This document shows positions 41,001-53,209 of a DNA stretch of 57,457 nt, piece by piece (position 1 is the first letter of the stretch; the number at the start of each line of letters is the position of its first letter). Origin of the DNA: Octopus bimaculoides (Eukaryota); assembly GCF_001194135.2 (NCBI RefSeq), contig NC_068985.1:47773509-47830965 (forward strand), in the 5' to 3' direction. The translations under genes were made by a program, and so were the position numbers. The notes under the pieces are model-generated. The model worked only from the letters and a program-made list of their open reading frames with translations. It did no database searches and was not told where the DNA came from.

Positions 41001-41807
41001 ATGTCTCTCCTGCAAATGTCTGGCAGACACATATTTATACATGTGTGTATGTATGAAGTGTGTGTGATAGATAATGATAGATAATGGTACCATATTTAGT
41101 TCTTCCTTTGTGAGTGGAGGTAACGAACGTTATTAGGAAACATGGAATTTAGTTGATACAGTAACTCACATTCATCACTGTGTGTTGCAATTTCTCGTTC
41201 TTCACGTGCTTATCATGTTGTTCTTTCTTACCTACTTCTCAATGCGTATATATTTTGTCATGTACTTTTTCTGTCTTTAGTTTTGCATACATTCAATTAT
41301 ACATACATGTATTTACATCTGAAAACATACACATACAAACACATACATAAATGCATGCATAATTACATACATAAACATACATACATAAATACATACATAC
41401 ATACATATATACATACGTACGTACGTACATAGCCGATACAATTTTTCTTAGAACACCTGTCTGAAATAATTAGCTCATTAAATACAAAATCTTGCATTTT
41501 GTGCACCATCAGCTTTTACGTATTATTCTCTCATTTTAACTAATTTTCTTCGTCTCTTAATTCCTTTCTCTTCTCAATAATTCTAGCGTCTCTGCACGAT
41601 ATTTTTTTTATATATATATATTTTTTAAAAATTCATATTTTCCTATTTTACAAGCAAATATTAAATTAATTTAACATAATTCCTGGCATTTTTTAATGGT
41701 GTCCTGAACAAATATTAATATTGTTTTATTCATTCTTTATATATTCTTGTTTGTTTTATATTTCTTATAATAATTGCATTATTTGCAACATTAATGACAT
41801 TAATAAT

Positions 41808-41872
41808 AATAATTTCCAAAACAAGTAAAATAATAACAATAATAATAACAATACTAATAATGACGATGATAA

Positions 41873-41931
<59 letters not shown>

Positions 41932-41935
41932 TGAT

Positions 41936-41985
<50 letters not shown>

Positions 41986-42010
41986 CAGCAAGAATAATAA
42001 TTATAATAAG
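41808..42010. repeat. (AAT)n microsatellite
   Basis: Directly visible. Confidence 0.97.
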
Positions 42011-42739
42011 AGCAGCAATGAAAATCTTAGTTATAAATTTTAATAATAGTAAATCATTAATATTTGTTGTTATGGAATATGTGTAATGGGATTGAATAGT
42101 TATATTTAAGGAGATTATTTTTGTTTATGATTTACTTTTTATAAATTCACATAAGCATATTCATCATCATCGTCGTTATTGTTTGTTGCATCTCTGCTGT
42201 CGTCATTATTATCAATATTGTGATTATTTTGATCATAACCAATTTCATCGTCACAGTCGTCTTCGTTTTCCACAACGCCCATTCATTGTTATCGTCATCA
42301 TCATCAACTTCATTATCGCCATAAAATTATTCCCATCATCATAATTATTATGATGATTTTTGATATTCTTCGTGCCTTTTTTTTTTCTTACCATTAAAAT
42401 CACTAAGACCACCAGTAGTACCACTGCTGCTGCTGCCACCGCCGCCGCCGCCACTCACGTTGCCACCGCTGCCGCTGCAGCCACTGACGCGGCCACGAGC
42501 ACCACCAGTACCACCACTAACACCAACACCACCACATCACCGCCACCGAGGCTGTTGGTGCAAACATTAACAACATTCTCCCCATTTCTTGCATCGCCAC
42601 TACAACCAACGTCTTCCTCATCTCCATCATCGTCATGCAAATACAAGATGCTAGTCTTACATGCACTCACGACTGCGACCAGCATTTGCAATGTAGCAGT
42701 AATTTAGGCGAACAGCTGCCCTAATAATCTCAACAGTAA

Positions 42740-43150
42740 CAGCCCATCATAAACTGACATTATAAAGGGCTGCAGAAAGAACTAAGAAATATAGCTATAA
42801 TGAGTTATTATAAATAGCCATCTAAAATGCCATTATGAATGGCCTTCATAAATAAACATCATAAATATCTATTATCACCAATACCTATAATAGTTATGCG
42901 TATCATAAATTACTATCATAGATATCATAAATGGCCATGTAACAATCATAAGGAGCTATAATAATTAACAAAGTATACCTGGTTATCATAAAATGTCATC
43001 ATAGATAAACAATAATTAATCATAAATGGGCATCATAAACGGTGACAATAAATGGCAATTACAAATAGCCATTATAAATCTCTAAGATTAATACCCATCA
43101 TAAATGGATCTCATAAATGCCCATCGAAATTAGCCTTCAGAAATAGGTAT
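42740..43150. repeat. degenerate ~12-bp minisatellite, consensus near CCATCATAAATG
   Basis: Many variants of ATCATAAAT(G) at short spacing. Confidence 0.7.
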
Positions 43151-43665
43151 CATGTGAATGACGTGGATAGACATTTTGTTATTCTACGATGTTTGTTGGA
43201 TGTTTGAATACGAGTGTAACCTTTTCTTTGGAAACAGATAATTTAAACCCCAAGCTATTGCAATCTCTGGTGTTCATATTAGCTGAAGCGGGTGATAAAT
43301 TTAACGCCATGTAATAGCACTCAATCGTGGAAGATGCACAGCTGTGATTCTCAAGTTTTAGTGTTGAGATATTTTAAGATATTCCATTTACGTTTGTATA
43401 TCATTACACATGTTTCCCTAATAGAGAAAGATGAGTCACAGGTATATAAATCTCTTCCAGTAGCTCGTTTTCTGCATAGTTGCAATCTTCCAGATATAGT
43501 ATCGTACTTCGACTGGTAGGAACCATAGTTGTAGACAATAATCTAAACTACTGAGCACAAATGTCCACTAGTGGACTAACCTACTGTCTTGTTCAGACGT
43601 TGTAAATGACCTAGATATACATTCAGTAAGTTATTTGCACGTTGTCGCCACTATCGTAACACAAC

Positions 43666-46600
43666 TGTTATGGCGATAATAGTAATAATGGGACACCCCT
43701 CCCACGTGACGAGTGGTATGTGCTAGAAGTTATAAATCCTCTCCGTCAGTGGTAGTAGAGAGCACAAAGTAGATGGTCATAGATAATCGTGATCTTGTCT
43801 AACTACACTGCTAAACCAGAGTGGGCGATATAACAGTACGACAAAGGATTACGACAATGGTGAGGATGAATTAACAAACTCACGAGGAATTAACAAACTC
43901 GTAAGGGGTTACGAAATACACAATGTTTTTGTGCGAATTTTATGGTATACCAAATCGTAAAATTAAGAAAGAATTCTTGGCCGGTTTACTCAAGTCGCAA
44001 AAACAGCAAGAACTGAAAGTACAACAACAGCAGTAGTCAGAACTGCAAGAAAAACAGCAGAAGCAACAACAAAAACAATTACTATTACAGCAACAAATGC
44101 CAGACTATGTTGTGAACTCAATCACAGAGTTTAAGTATGAACCAGACGAAGGAGTTACCCTCCAGGTGTAATATAGAAGATACGAACAAATCTTCAATAA
44201 AGAGTGCAAAAAAGACTGGGACGATGATATGAAATCGCTTTTAATCTTAAGACTGACAGTAGGAGAACATGAACGTTACAGCAATTACGTACTCCTGATA
44301 AAACCTTCTGACAAACTTTAAAGATACAATAGAATAATATTGCGTAAAATTTTTAGCGAGAAAAGATCGTTGCTCAATACATGCTGGAAATGGTTTGAAC
44401 CTAGAAAAGGAGAACGAGGAGGACTACATCACATATGCTGGTAAAGTTAACAGAGAATGTGAAAAGTTCAAACTGGACGAATTAACCCAGATATATTCAA
44501 GTGCCTGACAATTAATCAGGGACTAACTTCAGAAAATTACACAGAAGTAAGACAAAGAATTCTCACTAAGCTGGAACAAAACCAAGCTGTAACGTTACAA
44601 CGAATATCAAAAGAGTGTAAAAGAATAGTAAATTTAGACACTACACAGAGAAAATTGAACATAAAGATTGCTCCCAAGTGAAACAAGTGCATCGGAAAAT
44701 AGAAAACAGAAATCAGTGTGTATTAAAATACAGTACAAACGGGACAAAAATCAGGAAATAAAACAGGTTTTGCATGTGGAGGTCTACACATGAGAAAAAA
44801 CTGGCCATTTAAGAAAGTGGAATGCTTCCGTCGGGGAAAAATTGGACACGTAAAAGTGCACTATCAAACTAAGATGACAAAACATTGAAACAAAGAAAAA
44901 TGAATAAGCAAGATGTCGTCGAAAGAAAATGTTAAATAACAAAGAAGGAATTTGAAAATGTGAAAATTGAAAATATAAGAGTAAAAATGCAGTTAAACAC
45001 TGGAAGTGATATTACCATTGTGAATGAAGAAACCTTGAAGTATGTCGGTAAGCCGAATAAATCCACAAATGTATACGATGTTATGGGCAAAATTATATTT
45101 TGTAGGTGGATTTGTGTGTAATGTGACATTTTATGAACAAATGACCAACTGAAAACGGCAAAAGTATATGTGCTAAACAATTCAGTTAATATACGCGGAA
45201 CAGAATGGATGGAACGGTTCAAATTGTGGAATACACTCATAAGTGCTTTGTGTGGGAATATAGTCCGTTTAGTCGAAGGTTCAAATGCAGCTGAAGGACT
45301 GAAACGAAAATTAAAACACTGATTCCCAGATGTTTTATAGGAGGAACTGGGCTGCTGCACGAAGACGAAGTCAAAAATTGCAGTAAAAGAAAGTGCAATG
45401 CCTGTATTTAAGCCAAAACGGAATCCATAACAGAAATGAAAAGAACACTGTGGTCAGGAAAAGTAAATAGGAACAGAATTAGTGTGGAACGAAACCAAGA
45501 TGTGAACCTACGCTCACTCTGTGATGGTGTACTGATGTATGCACAGAGAGTAGTAATACATGAAACATTGCAAAAGAAAATAACGAGGAAATTTCACGTT
45601 GAACATCCTGGTATTTCGAGGATCAAGACTTTAATACGTATCTAAGTGTACTGGCCAAAAATGGACAGAGAAGTCGAAAATTTAGTGAAAGGCTGTAGAG
45701 GATGTGCTCTAGCGGCAAAATTACTGATGATAAAAAAGTGAACCTTGGCCAAAAGTAAATGTTCCGTGGTCGAGACGACACATCGATTTCGCTGGACTTT
45801 TAAACGGTTCATACTACTTAGTGGTAGTGGATAGTTTCTCTAAATAGCCAGAAATTCGTAAGTGTAAAAAGCCAACCACCTCAGCTGCGACACATTTTTT
45901 ACACGAGCTGTTTGCGAGATTTGACACCCCAGATGCGATAGTGTCTGACAACGGAACGCACTTTTTACCTTTTTAGTTTAAAAAACATTTCTAAAACGTT
46001 CGTTGTAGAACATGTAACTATGGCACCATACCAGCCCAGATCTAACAGACAAGCAGAAAGCCCAAAGAAAGTCGCATAAGGAAGTCACGAATGCGGTAGA
46101 TCTACAACAATTCTTAAGTGTAAACCGTGGAACACCAAATGCAAATACACCAACAGGTATATCACAAGAGGAGCTGATGTTTGCAAGGAAAATAAAATGA
46201 GTCTTCAATAAATTGCTACCTGGCAAGAAAAGACAAGTTGCAATGCGAAATACAACAAAATATTTCAAACCTGGGGAAAGGGTATTTGATAGAGAATATG
46301 AGAATGAAAAACAAAGTTGGGAAGATGGGGTGATTACCAAACGCATAGGAAAAATGCTATACTTGGTAAAAAGAAAAGAAAAGGGTATACAAGAGACACA
46401 TAAATCAACTGAAAAAAAGATTCATTGAGAGCAAACCCAAGAGAATGGAATAATCAATGGAATGGTTATGTGATACTTTTCAAATACCAACGCCAATACA
46501 AATAATTGAACCCAGACGCACAAGCGTAAGAGAAGGAAAATATACTGAATTCCTAGAAATGGATGCCAAACGTAAAAGACACTAAATTTATAACTGTATA

Positions 46601-46913
46601 AAAAAAGAAAGAAAAAACTAACAAAAGGGAGGTGAAATGATGTAATAATTATTGCTATTAAAAGAAATAGAATTACACTCCCTAAGTAAAAAAGAAAACT
46701 TAAAAGGGGAGATTTATGGGGGTAATAGTAATAATGGGACACCCTTACCACTTGACGAATGGTATGTGTTAGTAGTGATAAATACTGTCAGTAAGTGTCA
46801 GTGGTAGTAGAGAGTACGAAGTAGACGGTCACAGATAGTTGTGGTCTTACATTGACTAACTATACTGATATACCGGAGTGGGCGTTATGACAGTCCGACA
46901 AAGGATTACAACA
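43666..46913 (+). mobile_element. Ty3/Gypsy LTR retrotransposon, decayed, RT/RNaseH deleted
   Basis: LTRs 43666-43856 (TG...CA) and 46712-46913, roughly 80% identical by eye. PBS-like TGGTGAGG at ~43858, PPT AAAAGGGGAG 46702-46711. gag (FKYEPDEG; CCHC-like FACGGLH...EC...GKIGH ~44770-44850), protease relic (~44990), RT start FPDVL*EELG...PVFKPKR (to ~45425), integrase HPGISRIK...YWP.MD...C..C, PWSR.HIDFAG, VSDNGT (45500-46200). Confidence 0.93.
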
Positions 46914-47504
46914 TCAGCAGGAAAAGAGGCTTCTTTGCTGGTTCGGTTAATATGTACACCCAACTATTGTAACTGTTAGAGAGCAACTTCCCTTTCTCAT
47001 CCGCACCTTGGTCACAGTAACTTTAGAGGGATAAAAACTGGTAGTTTTCTTCATCCCACTTGTGTATCGCTCTGAGCGTTTTTTGCTTCTTTTTCTTAGA
47101 GCTTTTGACATTATCGGAACTCTTCAACATATTGAAAACTTTTCTAATGTTAACATAGTTTGTATGGCTGATTATCCATACAAAATATGTGGTTGGGATC
47201 AGGCGTTTCCTGAGATGTCTCTATTAAAACTGTTACATCATTTCAAAGCACGTGATGCAGTTATTCTCGTGTTGTTTGTGACATATCTGTCATAAATTTG
47301 GTCACGAAGTCGTAGTGTGCCATATCAAAATCTGACTTGTGCACAAGCACACGGAATATGTCACCCACTTAGGAAGAAATAACATTCAAAATTCAATTCC
47401 TCTCCGGTCGTTTTAACATGGATGTATTGTGTAGTGTGGTTCTGGATTCCCTGTACATAGGAACGAGACCAGATTGGAACGTTAGGAATATAATTATCAT
47501 AGGT

Positions 47505-47940
47505 AAGACGGCGAGTTCGCACAACGTTATTGCGTCAAGCAAAATACTTAGCGGCATTTCGTCCGTCTTTATGCTTAAATTCATCAACTTTGCTTTTCAT
47601 TTTCTCGTGATCGATAAAATAAATAAAAGTTGAGTACTGAGGTCGATGTAATCAACTTACTTGCTCCCACGAAATTAATGTTTTTGAGGCAAAAATTTGA
47701 AGCCAATATCATTATCATCGGTAAGACAGCAAGCTGGCAGGATCATTTGCACGCCGAGCAAAGTGCCTAGTGGCATTTCGTCCCTCCTCTCACGCTGAGT
47801 TCAAATTCCGCCGAGGTCCACTTTGCCTTTCATCTTCTGGGATCGCTAAAATAAGTATCACTTAAAAACCGGGGTTGTTGTAATCGACTTACTCCTCCCC
47901 GAAATTGCTCACCTTGTGCCAAAATTTGAAACCAGTATTA
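47505..47940 (+). mobile_element. two head-to-tail tRNA-SINE copies (47505-47707, 47723-47940)
   Basis: Each begins TATCAT.GGTAAGAC.GC.AG and ends AAATTTGAA.CCA.TAT. The second has B-box GAGTTCAAATTCC (47797-47809); it is deleted in the first. Confidence 0.88.
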
Positions 47941-48346
47941 TCGGTCTATTGGATGAGTGGTGCCAACTGGGACTAAACAACATAAAAAGCAGTTAGTTCA
48001 ATTCCTAATCCTTATACTCTAGAAGTGTGGTGCAATTTCCGGGCGGAGATAAGCTGTATTGAGTCTCACTTAGGATATCAGCTTCCTCTAACTATGGATA
48101 TTCCAAACAGTTCTAATATGTAGCCTGGATAAATGTTTTAGAACAGATTTTTTTTTTTCATCTACGTCTTCTCTTAAGTTTCGAAAAAGTTTTTTTATAC
48201 TGACAAGTTATATATTTTAACTTTCTGCCTGCAGAAGTTTTGAGCGAACCTGGTTTTAAAGCAACTTCCGCTGTACGTTTATATATTGAATGTTCTATAA
48301 TTTATGTATTAAAATCCAATTTATGCAGATACCTACATTCCTCCAA

Positions 48347-48380
<34 letters not shown>

Positions 48381-48490
48381 GCATACTGTATATAGATACA
48401 AGCACTCACATACACACCTATTTACAAATGTATGTATATATATAGCAATATTAAATCTGAGCGAAAAGTAAACAGTAGTAGCACAGAATC

Positions 48491-49057
48491 GTGAAGTATA
48501 TATGACACCTAAATGTGGTGGTCTCATAGGGGACAGTAGCCCCAGGAAGACATCTCCTCCAGCTGGCTAACGACGCACTGTCTGTGTCTGATTAGTATTT
48601 GCGAATGGGAAGTTATCGTTCCCAGCGTTACGGGATACACGCAGACCCAAGTTTCAGGGTAGTAACCCGTCATCAGTGTGTGATAATCACCAGCTACCGA
48701 TGAGAACTCATTTCAAACGCTGAATACTATATGCTCAGAGTGTTAATATTCCTTCTTTCTCCTTTTTCGAGATCACTAATAGTTTCTCACTGGAAAAAGC
48801 ATATAGTATTCAGCGTTTGAAATGAATTCTCATCGGTAGCTGGTGATTATCACACACTGATGACGGGTTACTACCCTGAAACTTGGGTCTGCGTGTATCC
48901 CGTAACGCTGGGAACGATAACTTCCCATTCGCAAATACTAATCAGACACAGACAGTGCGTCGTTAGCCAGCTGGAGGAGATGTCTTCCTGGGGCTATAAA
49001 CCACAGTAGCGTCGTCCTTTATGAGACTGCCACATTTAGGTGGCAAATATACTTCAC
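48491..49057. mobile_element. 567-bp fold-back element carrying a hammerhead-like motif in each arm
   Basis: Inner arms 48537-48735 / 48798-48996 (199 bp, 1 mismatch), 62-bp spacer. Outer arms 48491-48534 / 49014-49057 (44 bp, 6 mismatches). No clear TSD. Confidence 0.93.
48851..48895 (+). ncRNA. type-I hammerhead-like fold (mirror copy on minus strand 48638-48682)
   Basis: CACACA-CTGATGA-C-GGGT[TACT]ACCC-T-GAAA-C[TTGG]G-TC^TGCGTG. Perfect core and GUC site; C/U mismatch at the base of stem II; 5/6 pairs in stem I. Confidence 0.65.
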
Positions 49058-49061
49058 AACA

Positions 49062-49100
<39 letters not shown>

Positions 49101-49241
49101 AAGAGTGTGAGAAAGAGACAGACAGAAGGGGAGGTAAAAATATGCATGTTTGGCTGTTAGTAAAAGAATTGCAATAGTTGCCTACTGAGAAAATAATAAA
49201 ATATTGAGTGTGTGCCATTTGTGCGTGCGTGAGTGTGCGTA

Positions 49242-49304
<63 letters not shown>

Positions 49305-50408
49305 TGTGTGAATGTGTGTGTGTGTGTGTGTGTGGGTGTGTGTGTGTGTGTTTGCACACAACTGGTATGCATTAATACAAAACATGCATACATGAATTTG
49401 AGATTCACAAATCTAACAACCTTTCGAAAACTAACAAAAAAAAATGCATCAGAAAATTAAACTTCACTAACACGCTACAACTATTTCTGTGATATTTTGA
49501 CAGTTAAGCAATTATGTTGGGTAACTGAAAACCAACTTGTTCAAAAAGTCATTCTGTTTTCTTCAGATGCTTTCGTTTATACAAATTCCGTTCAGCACTA
49601 TGTAACTATAGCTGTTCACTAAATTGCAAAATTCCATGCACTCTAAGTATTAATATGAAAATTGTAGATTGCTAGTTTATTCTGCCTCAGTACGAACTAA
49701 TATTTTACCGCAATAACTTAACAAACTAACATTTAGATTACAAAGGTTAAAATAGAAAACTCTAAAGCATAAAGAAAAAAACAATTATGCAAAAATACCA
49801 ACAAGAAGCTCATCAGCATTTTCTTCTACGTAATAGACCATTACCATCATAATTATTCTCTCTATCCATCCCAGAAGAGTATGCGCGTTCTATAATAAAT
49901 TATTTTCTCGCAAACCGCACCCTGAACGCATCCTTTAAGAACTCGTAAATGTTTTACGCATCGTAAAACTATGGAGCTTTCGTTTGTTCGCTTGTTTGTT
50001 TGTTTGTTTGTTCGTTCGTTCGTTTATGGAAGTCAGATAATATTCTACTTGACATTGTTTTATTCTAGTTTTATCTATAAGCAATTTAAAAGGAATGCAC
50101 TGAGGCTTACGACATAAGCGACAAACCAAATACTGAATTTTTAACAATATTTCATTGTATTAAGCAAGGAATACAAATGTCATGAAAGATCATTGTATTA
50201 CAGTCAGCTTTGTTTCTGCTCTACCTCAACCATGAATATTTAACATTTTTATGTCGTTGCAATTCTGGAAAGCTACATGTGGTATCAGTTGTGTTCTCCT
50301 CTAACTCAATTCCACTTCTCTAATGTTTTTCATATCTTGTAATTGTCGCTCATGGTTCAAATGTTTTTGACAGTGTCGATTGAATGGTACTACTTAAATG
50401 GTACTTCC

Positions 50409-50554
50409 TTAGCCACAAGAAACCTCGTTTCCAGTTGGCTATGTGACACAAGCGTTCTGTGTCCTTCAATTTTCAAACAGAGGAGATAAGCACCTCTGAA
50501 ACTAGTCTCTGGATGCTGGCTTCGCTGGGAGGCGGTGCTTATCTCCACTGTTTG
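50409..50554. repeat. partial copy of the hammerhead-bearing unit: inverted distal part (50409-50494) plus direct proximal part (50495-50554)
   Basis: 50409-50494 is the reverse complement of 52889-52974 (73/86, with a perfect 30-bp core 50426-50455 / 52928-52957). 50495-50554 matches 52850-52909 directly (52/60). A local 21-bp hairpin results (50474-50494 / 50534-50554). Confidence 0.88.
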
Positions 50555-52803
50555 GCCGAGTGCGCCGGGAAAAATTGCCGGGGATGGATGGTCTACCCTA
50601 TGAATTTTATCGTAGCATGCCTGAACTGTTCGGAGACATGCTGGCCAGCGTCTACAAAAACTGGCAACAGAATGTGAGAATTCCCAGCTCTGTGAGTCGG
50701 GGAGTCCTGACGCTGATCCAGAAAGACACGAGCAAGGAGGATATTATAAATAATTACAGGCCCATAACTCTACTCAATGTAGAGTTAAAGATTTTGGCCA
50801 AAGTGTTAGCTAAAAGGTTGACGCGTGTCGTGAGGAAACTTGTAGGGAAGGCGTTGACATGCGCCATCCCAGACAGGTCGATCCAGAACAATCTTTGCCT
50901 TATCCGCTACACCTTAGACAGGCTGGGTAAATTAACCGGCAAAGGTGGGGTGCTGGTTCATATAGACCAAAGTAAAGCGTTTGATAGGGTACCTGGTGGC
51001 GGTCCTCGAACAGCTGAGCTGGGCCCTGACTTCTGTAGCTGGATCTCGGCCATGTATAGCGGCATCAAATCCACAGTCCAGATAAACGGCTACCTGTCAA
51101 AGCCGTTTTCAATCAAGCGTTCAGTTCCTCAAGGGTGCCCGTGTCTCCGCTTCTGTACGTGTTGGCTCTTGAGCCATTACTGTGGAAGTTGGAGAATTTG
51201 GGGGGCGCCCCCAATGAAATCGGTTGCGGTAAGTCGGTCTCTGCTTACGCGGATGACGTCACCATCATCGTGTCCAATGAGGCTCAGCTACCTTGTGTAG
51301 AGGATGCTATCAAAGAATACGAGGCGATGGCAGGGGCAAAAGTTAACAAGGACAAGTCTATCGCCTTGCGCCTCGGCATCTGCAGGAGCAAGTCGATATC
51401 TTCCAGTGTCATGGGTCACTGAACAGATGGTCCTGTTACGTTGCTTGGAGTTTGGTTTGGACCGGACTCCCAGACGGAGAAGAATTGGAGCGAGGTGGCA
51501 GATAGAGTAGAGGCCCTAGTCCGGACTTTTCCGGAAGGTCCCTGTCCTTGAAAGGAATGGCGGAGGTGGAATAAGTGTGTTTGCATCTGTAATTACCTAC
51601 CGCCTGACGTTGTCCCTTGCCCTGACTCGTGGTTGGACAAGTTGGAGCGACTCCTCTTCTGCATATTGTGGAAAGGTGGAAAGCCACTTGTGAGGGGCTC
51701 TGTTTACTGTCAGGAACCACTAAAGGGTGGGTTAGGGATGTAATGTTTGATAATGCGCAGACATGCGTTGAGTCTGAGTCATCTCTGGCGCTACCTGGAA
51801 GGTGATTAGGTGTGGAATCTGCTGGCAGAGGAATTCATTCTGCGACCAGCCTCTTTGGAGCGATTTAAACCCAGTTTCATTAAAATACGCAATCTGATTG
51901 ATTTGCAGAAGGAGTGTCGATATTCACTCGTCCTGATCCACAAGATGGGTAAGGCCGGCAATGGGAATAGTACCTCGAATTTGTACAGAGTGCTGGTAGA
52001 TTATGAAAACGATGACGCCCTAAGAGGGGCTCTGGAGTTCGAGGAGAACCAACTTACCAACCTGTTCAAAAAAAACTTTCGGGTCAGGGTATTTGGATAA
52101 CTAAAAATCCCTGACTTGGCAGTGTTACAGGAGCGCTTTGCCTGTTCAAGAAAAGTTATCCAGGCACGGAATGTCGGTGCCAACGACATGTCCAAGATGT
52201 GGGCTGGACAACGAAGCCTTCCAGCACGCATTTGTACATTGTCAGAAGTTGTCAGTCTTGATAATTAACGTCGAACACATGTTGTTGCATCTGGGAAGAG
52301 TTCAGCTATCGGCTGAGTCTATAATAAAGATTGTAGCGCCACTGGACTCTCGAAGGAAGGTGAGGCATGTATATTCTGTACAGTTGCGGTGTTGAAAGAA
52401 TGTGTGTGGAAGACTAGGATGCAAGGATTCGTGACAGGGTTCTTTATTTCTGGCCCTTGTTTTCTACAATACTTCAGATATCATCTGAAGAGCAAGATGG
52501 GGCTGGAGAGAAGGACCCTGTCGAGAGATGCGTTTCAGGAAAGATAGAAAGCTGTGTAATGAAAGGTGGGTGCAAGACACCCGGCTTAATCGGCTTTGTG
52601 AAAAAGGAGGAAATAAAAGATAGGAGATAGCCGCTGGGCCTTTGAGGCAACAAAGCATATCCCTTACACATATAGAAAAAGACTATTTATTTCATCAATA
52701 TTTTTAAATAATAGGTACCATTCGTACACATCACAACATTTTTTGTATGTACTGTCCTGTGCTCTCCCATCTATGTATTGATCTTAATGGTCGTAATAAA
52801 AAG
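50555..52803 (+). mobile_element. 5'-truncated L1/Tx1-clade LINE (RT, C-terminal Cys/His motif, 3' UTR)
   Basis: PGMDGLPYEFY, NYRPITLLNVELKILAKVLAKRL, IDQSKAFDRV, RSVPQGCP, SPLLYVLALEPL, AYADD, and CPRCGLDNEAFQHAFVHC (~52190-52245). AATAAA at 52795-52800. Several frameshifts. Confidence 0.95.
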
Positions 52804-52811
52804 TTCAGCTA

Positions 52812-53030
52812 GCAAGCCAAGCTACTTTGCACTAATGAAGAGCAATGATTCTGAAACTAGTCTCACGATGCTGGCTTTCCTGGGTGGAGGTTCTTATCTC
52901 CCCTGTTTGAAAACATAAGGAGATAGTACGCTTGTGTCACATAGCCAACTGGAAACGGTGTCTCCTGGGGCTAAATAGCAGTAGCATTCTTCCCTTTCCT
53001 GGAACTGCTACATTAAGTTGGCAACAAACC
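52812..53030 (+). repeat. most complete copy of the hammerhead-bearing PLE-like unit (degenerate core)
   Basis: CTAATGA-AGAG[CAATGA]TTCT-GAAA-C[TA]G-TC^ at 52832-52862 (G5>A), with palindromic ACTAGT. Downstream part homologous to the 27.9, 48.9 and 50.4 kb copies. Confidence 0.7.
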
Positions 53031-53178
53031 ATGACTTCTTCGTGCTGCTACTGTACAAGTCTCTCTGAGAGATTTAGAAATGCAATATTTCTAATTTCAT
53101 ATCTATATGTATATATATATTTATATGTATGTATATATGTATATATAAATATGTATACATCTATATCTATCTGTCTAA

Positions 53179-53209
<31 letters not shown>

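Noticed and set aside
42251-42707. Ala/Thr/Ser-rich ORFs resembling a mucin or transcription-factor low-complexity region
   Set aside because: Built from GCC/ACC/GCT/CAT triplet runs continuous with neighbouring microsatellites; no domain or splice evidence.
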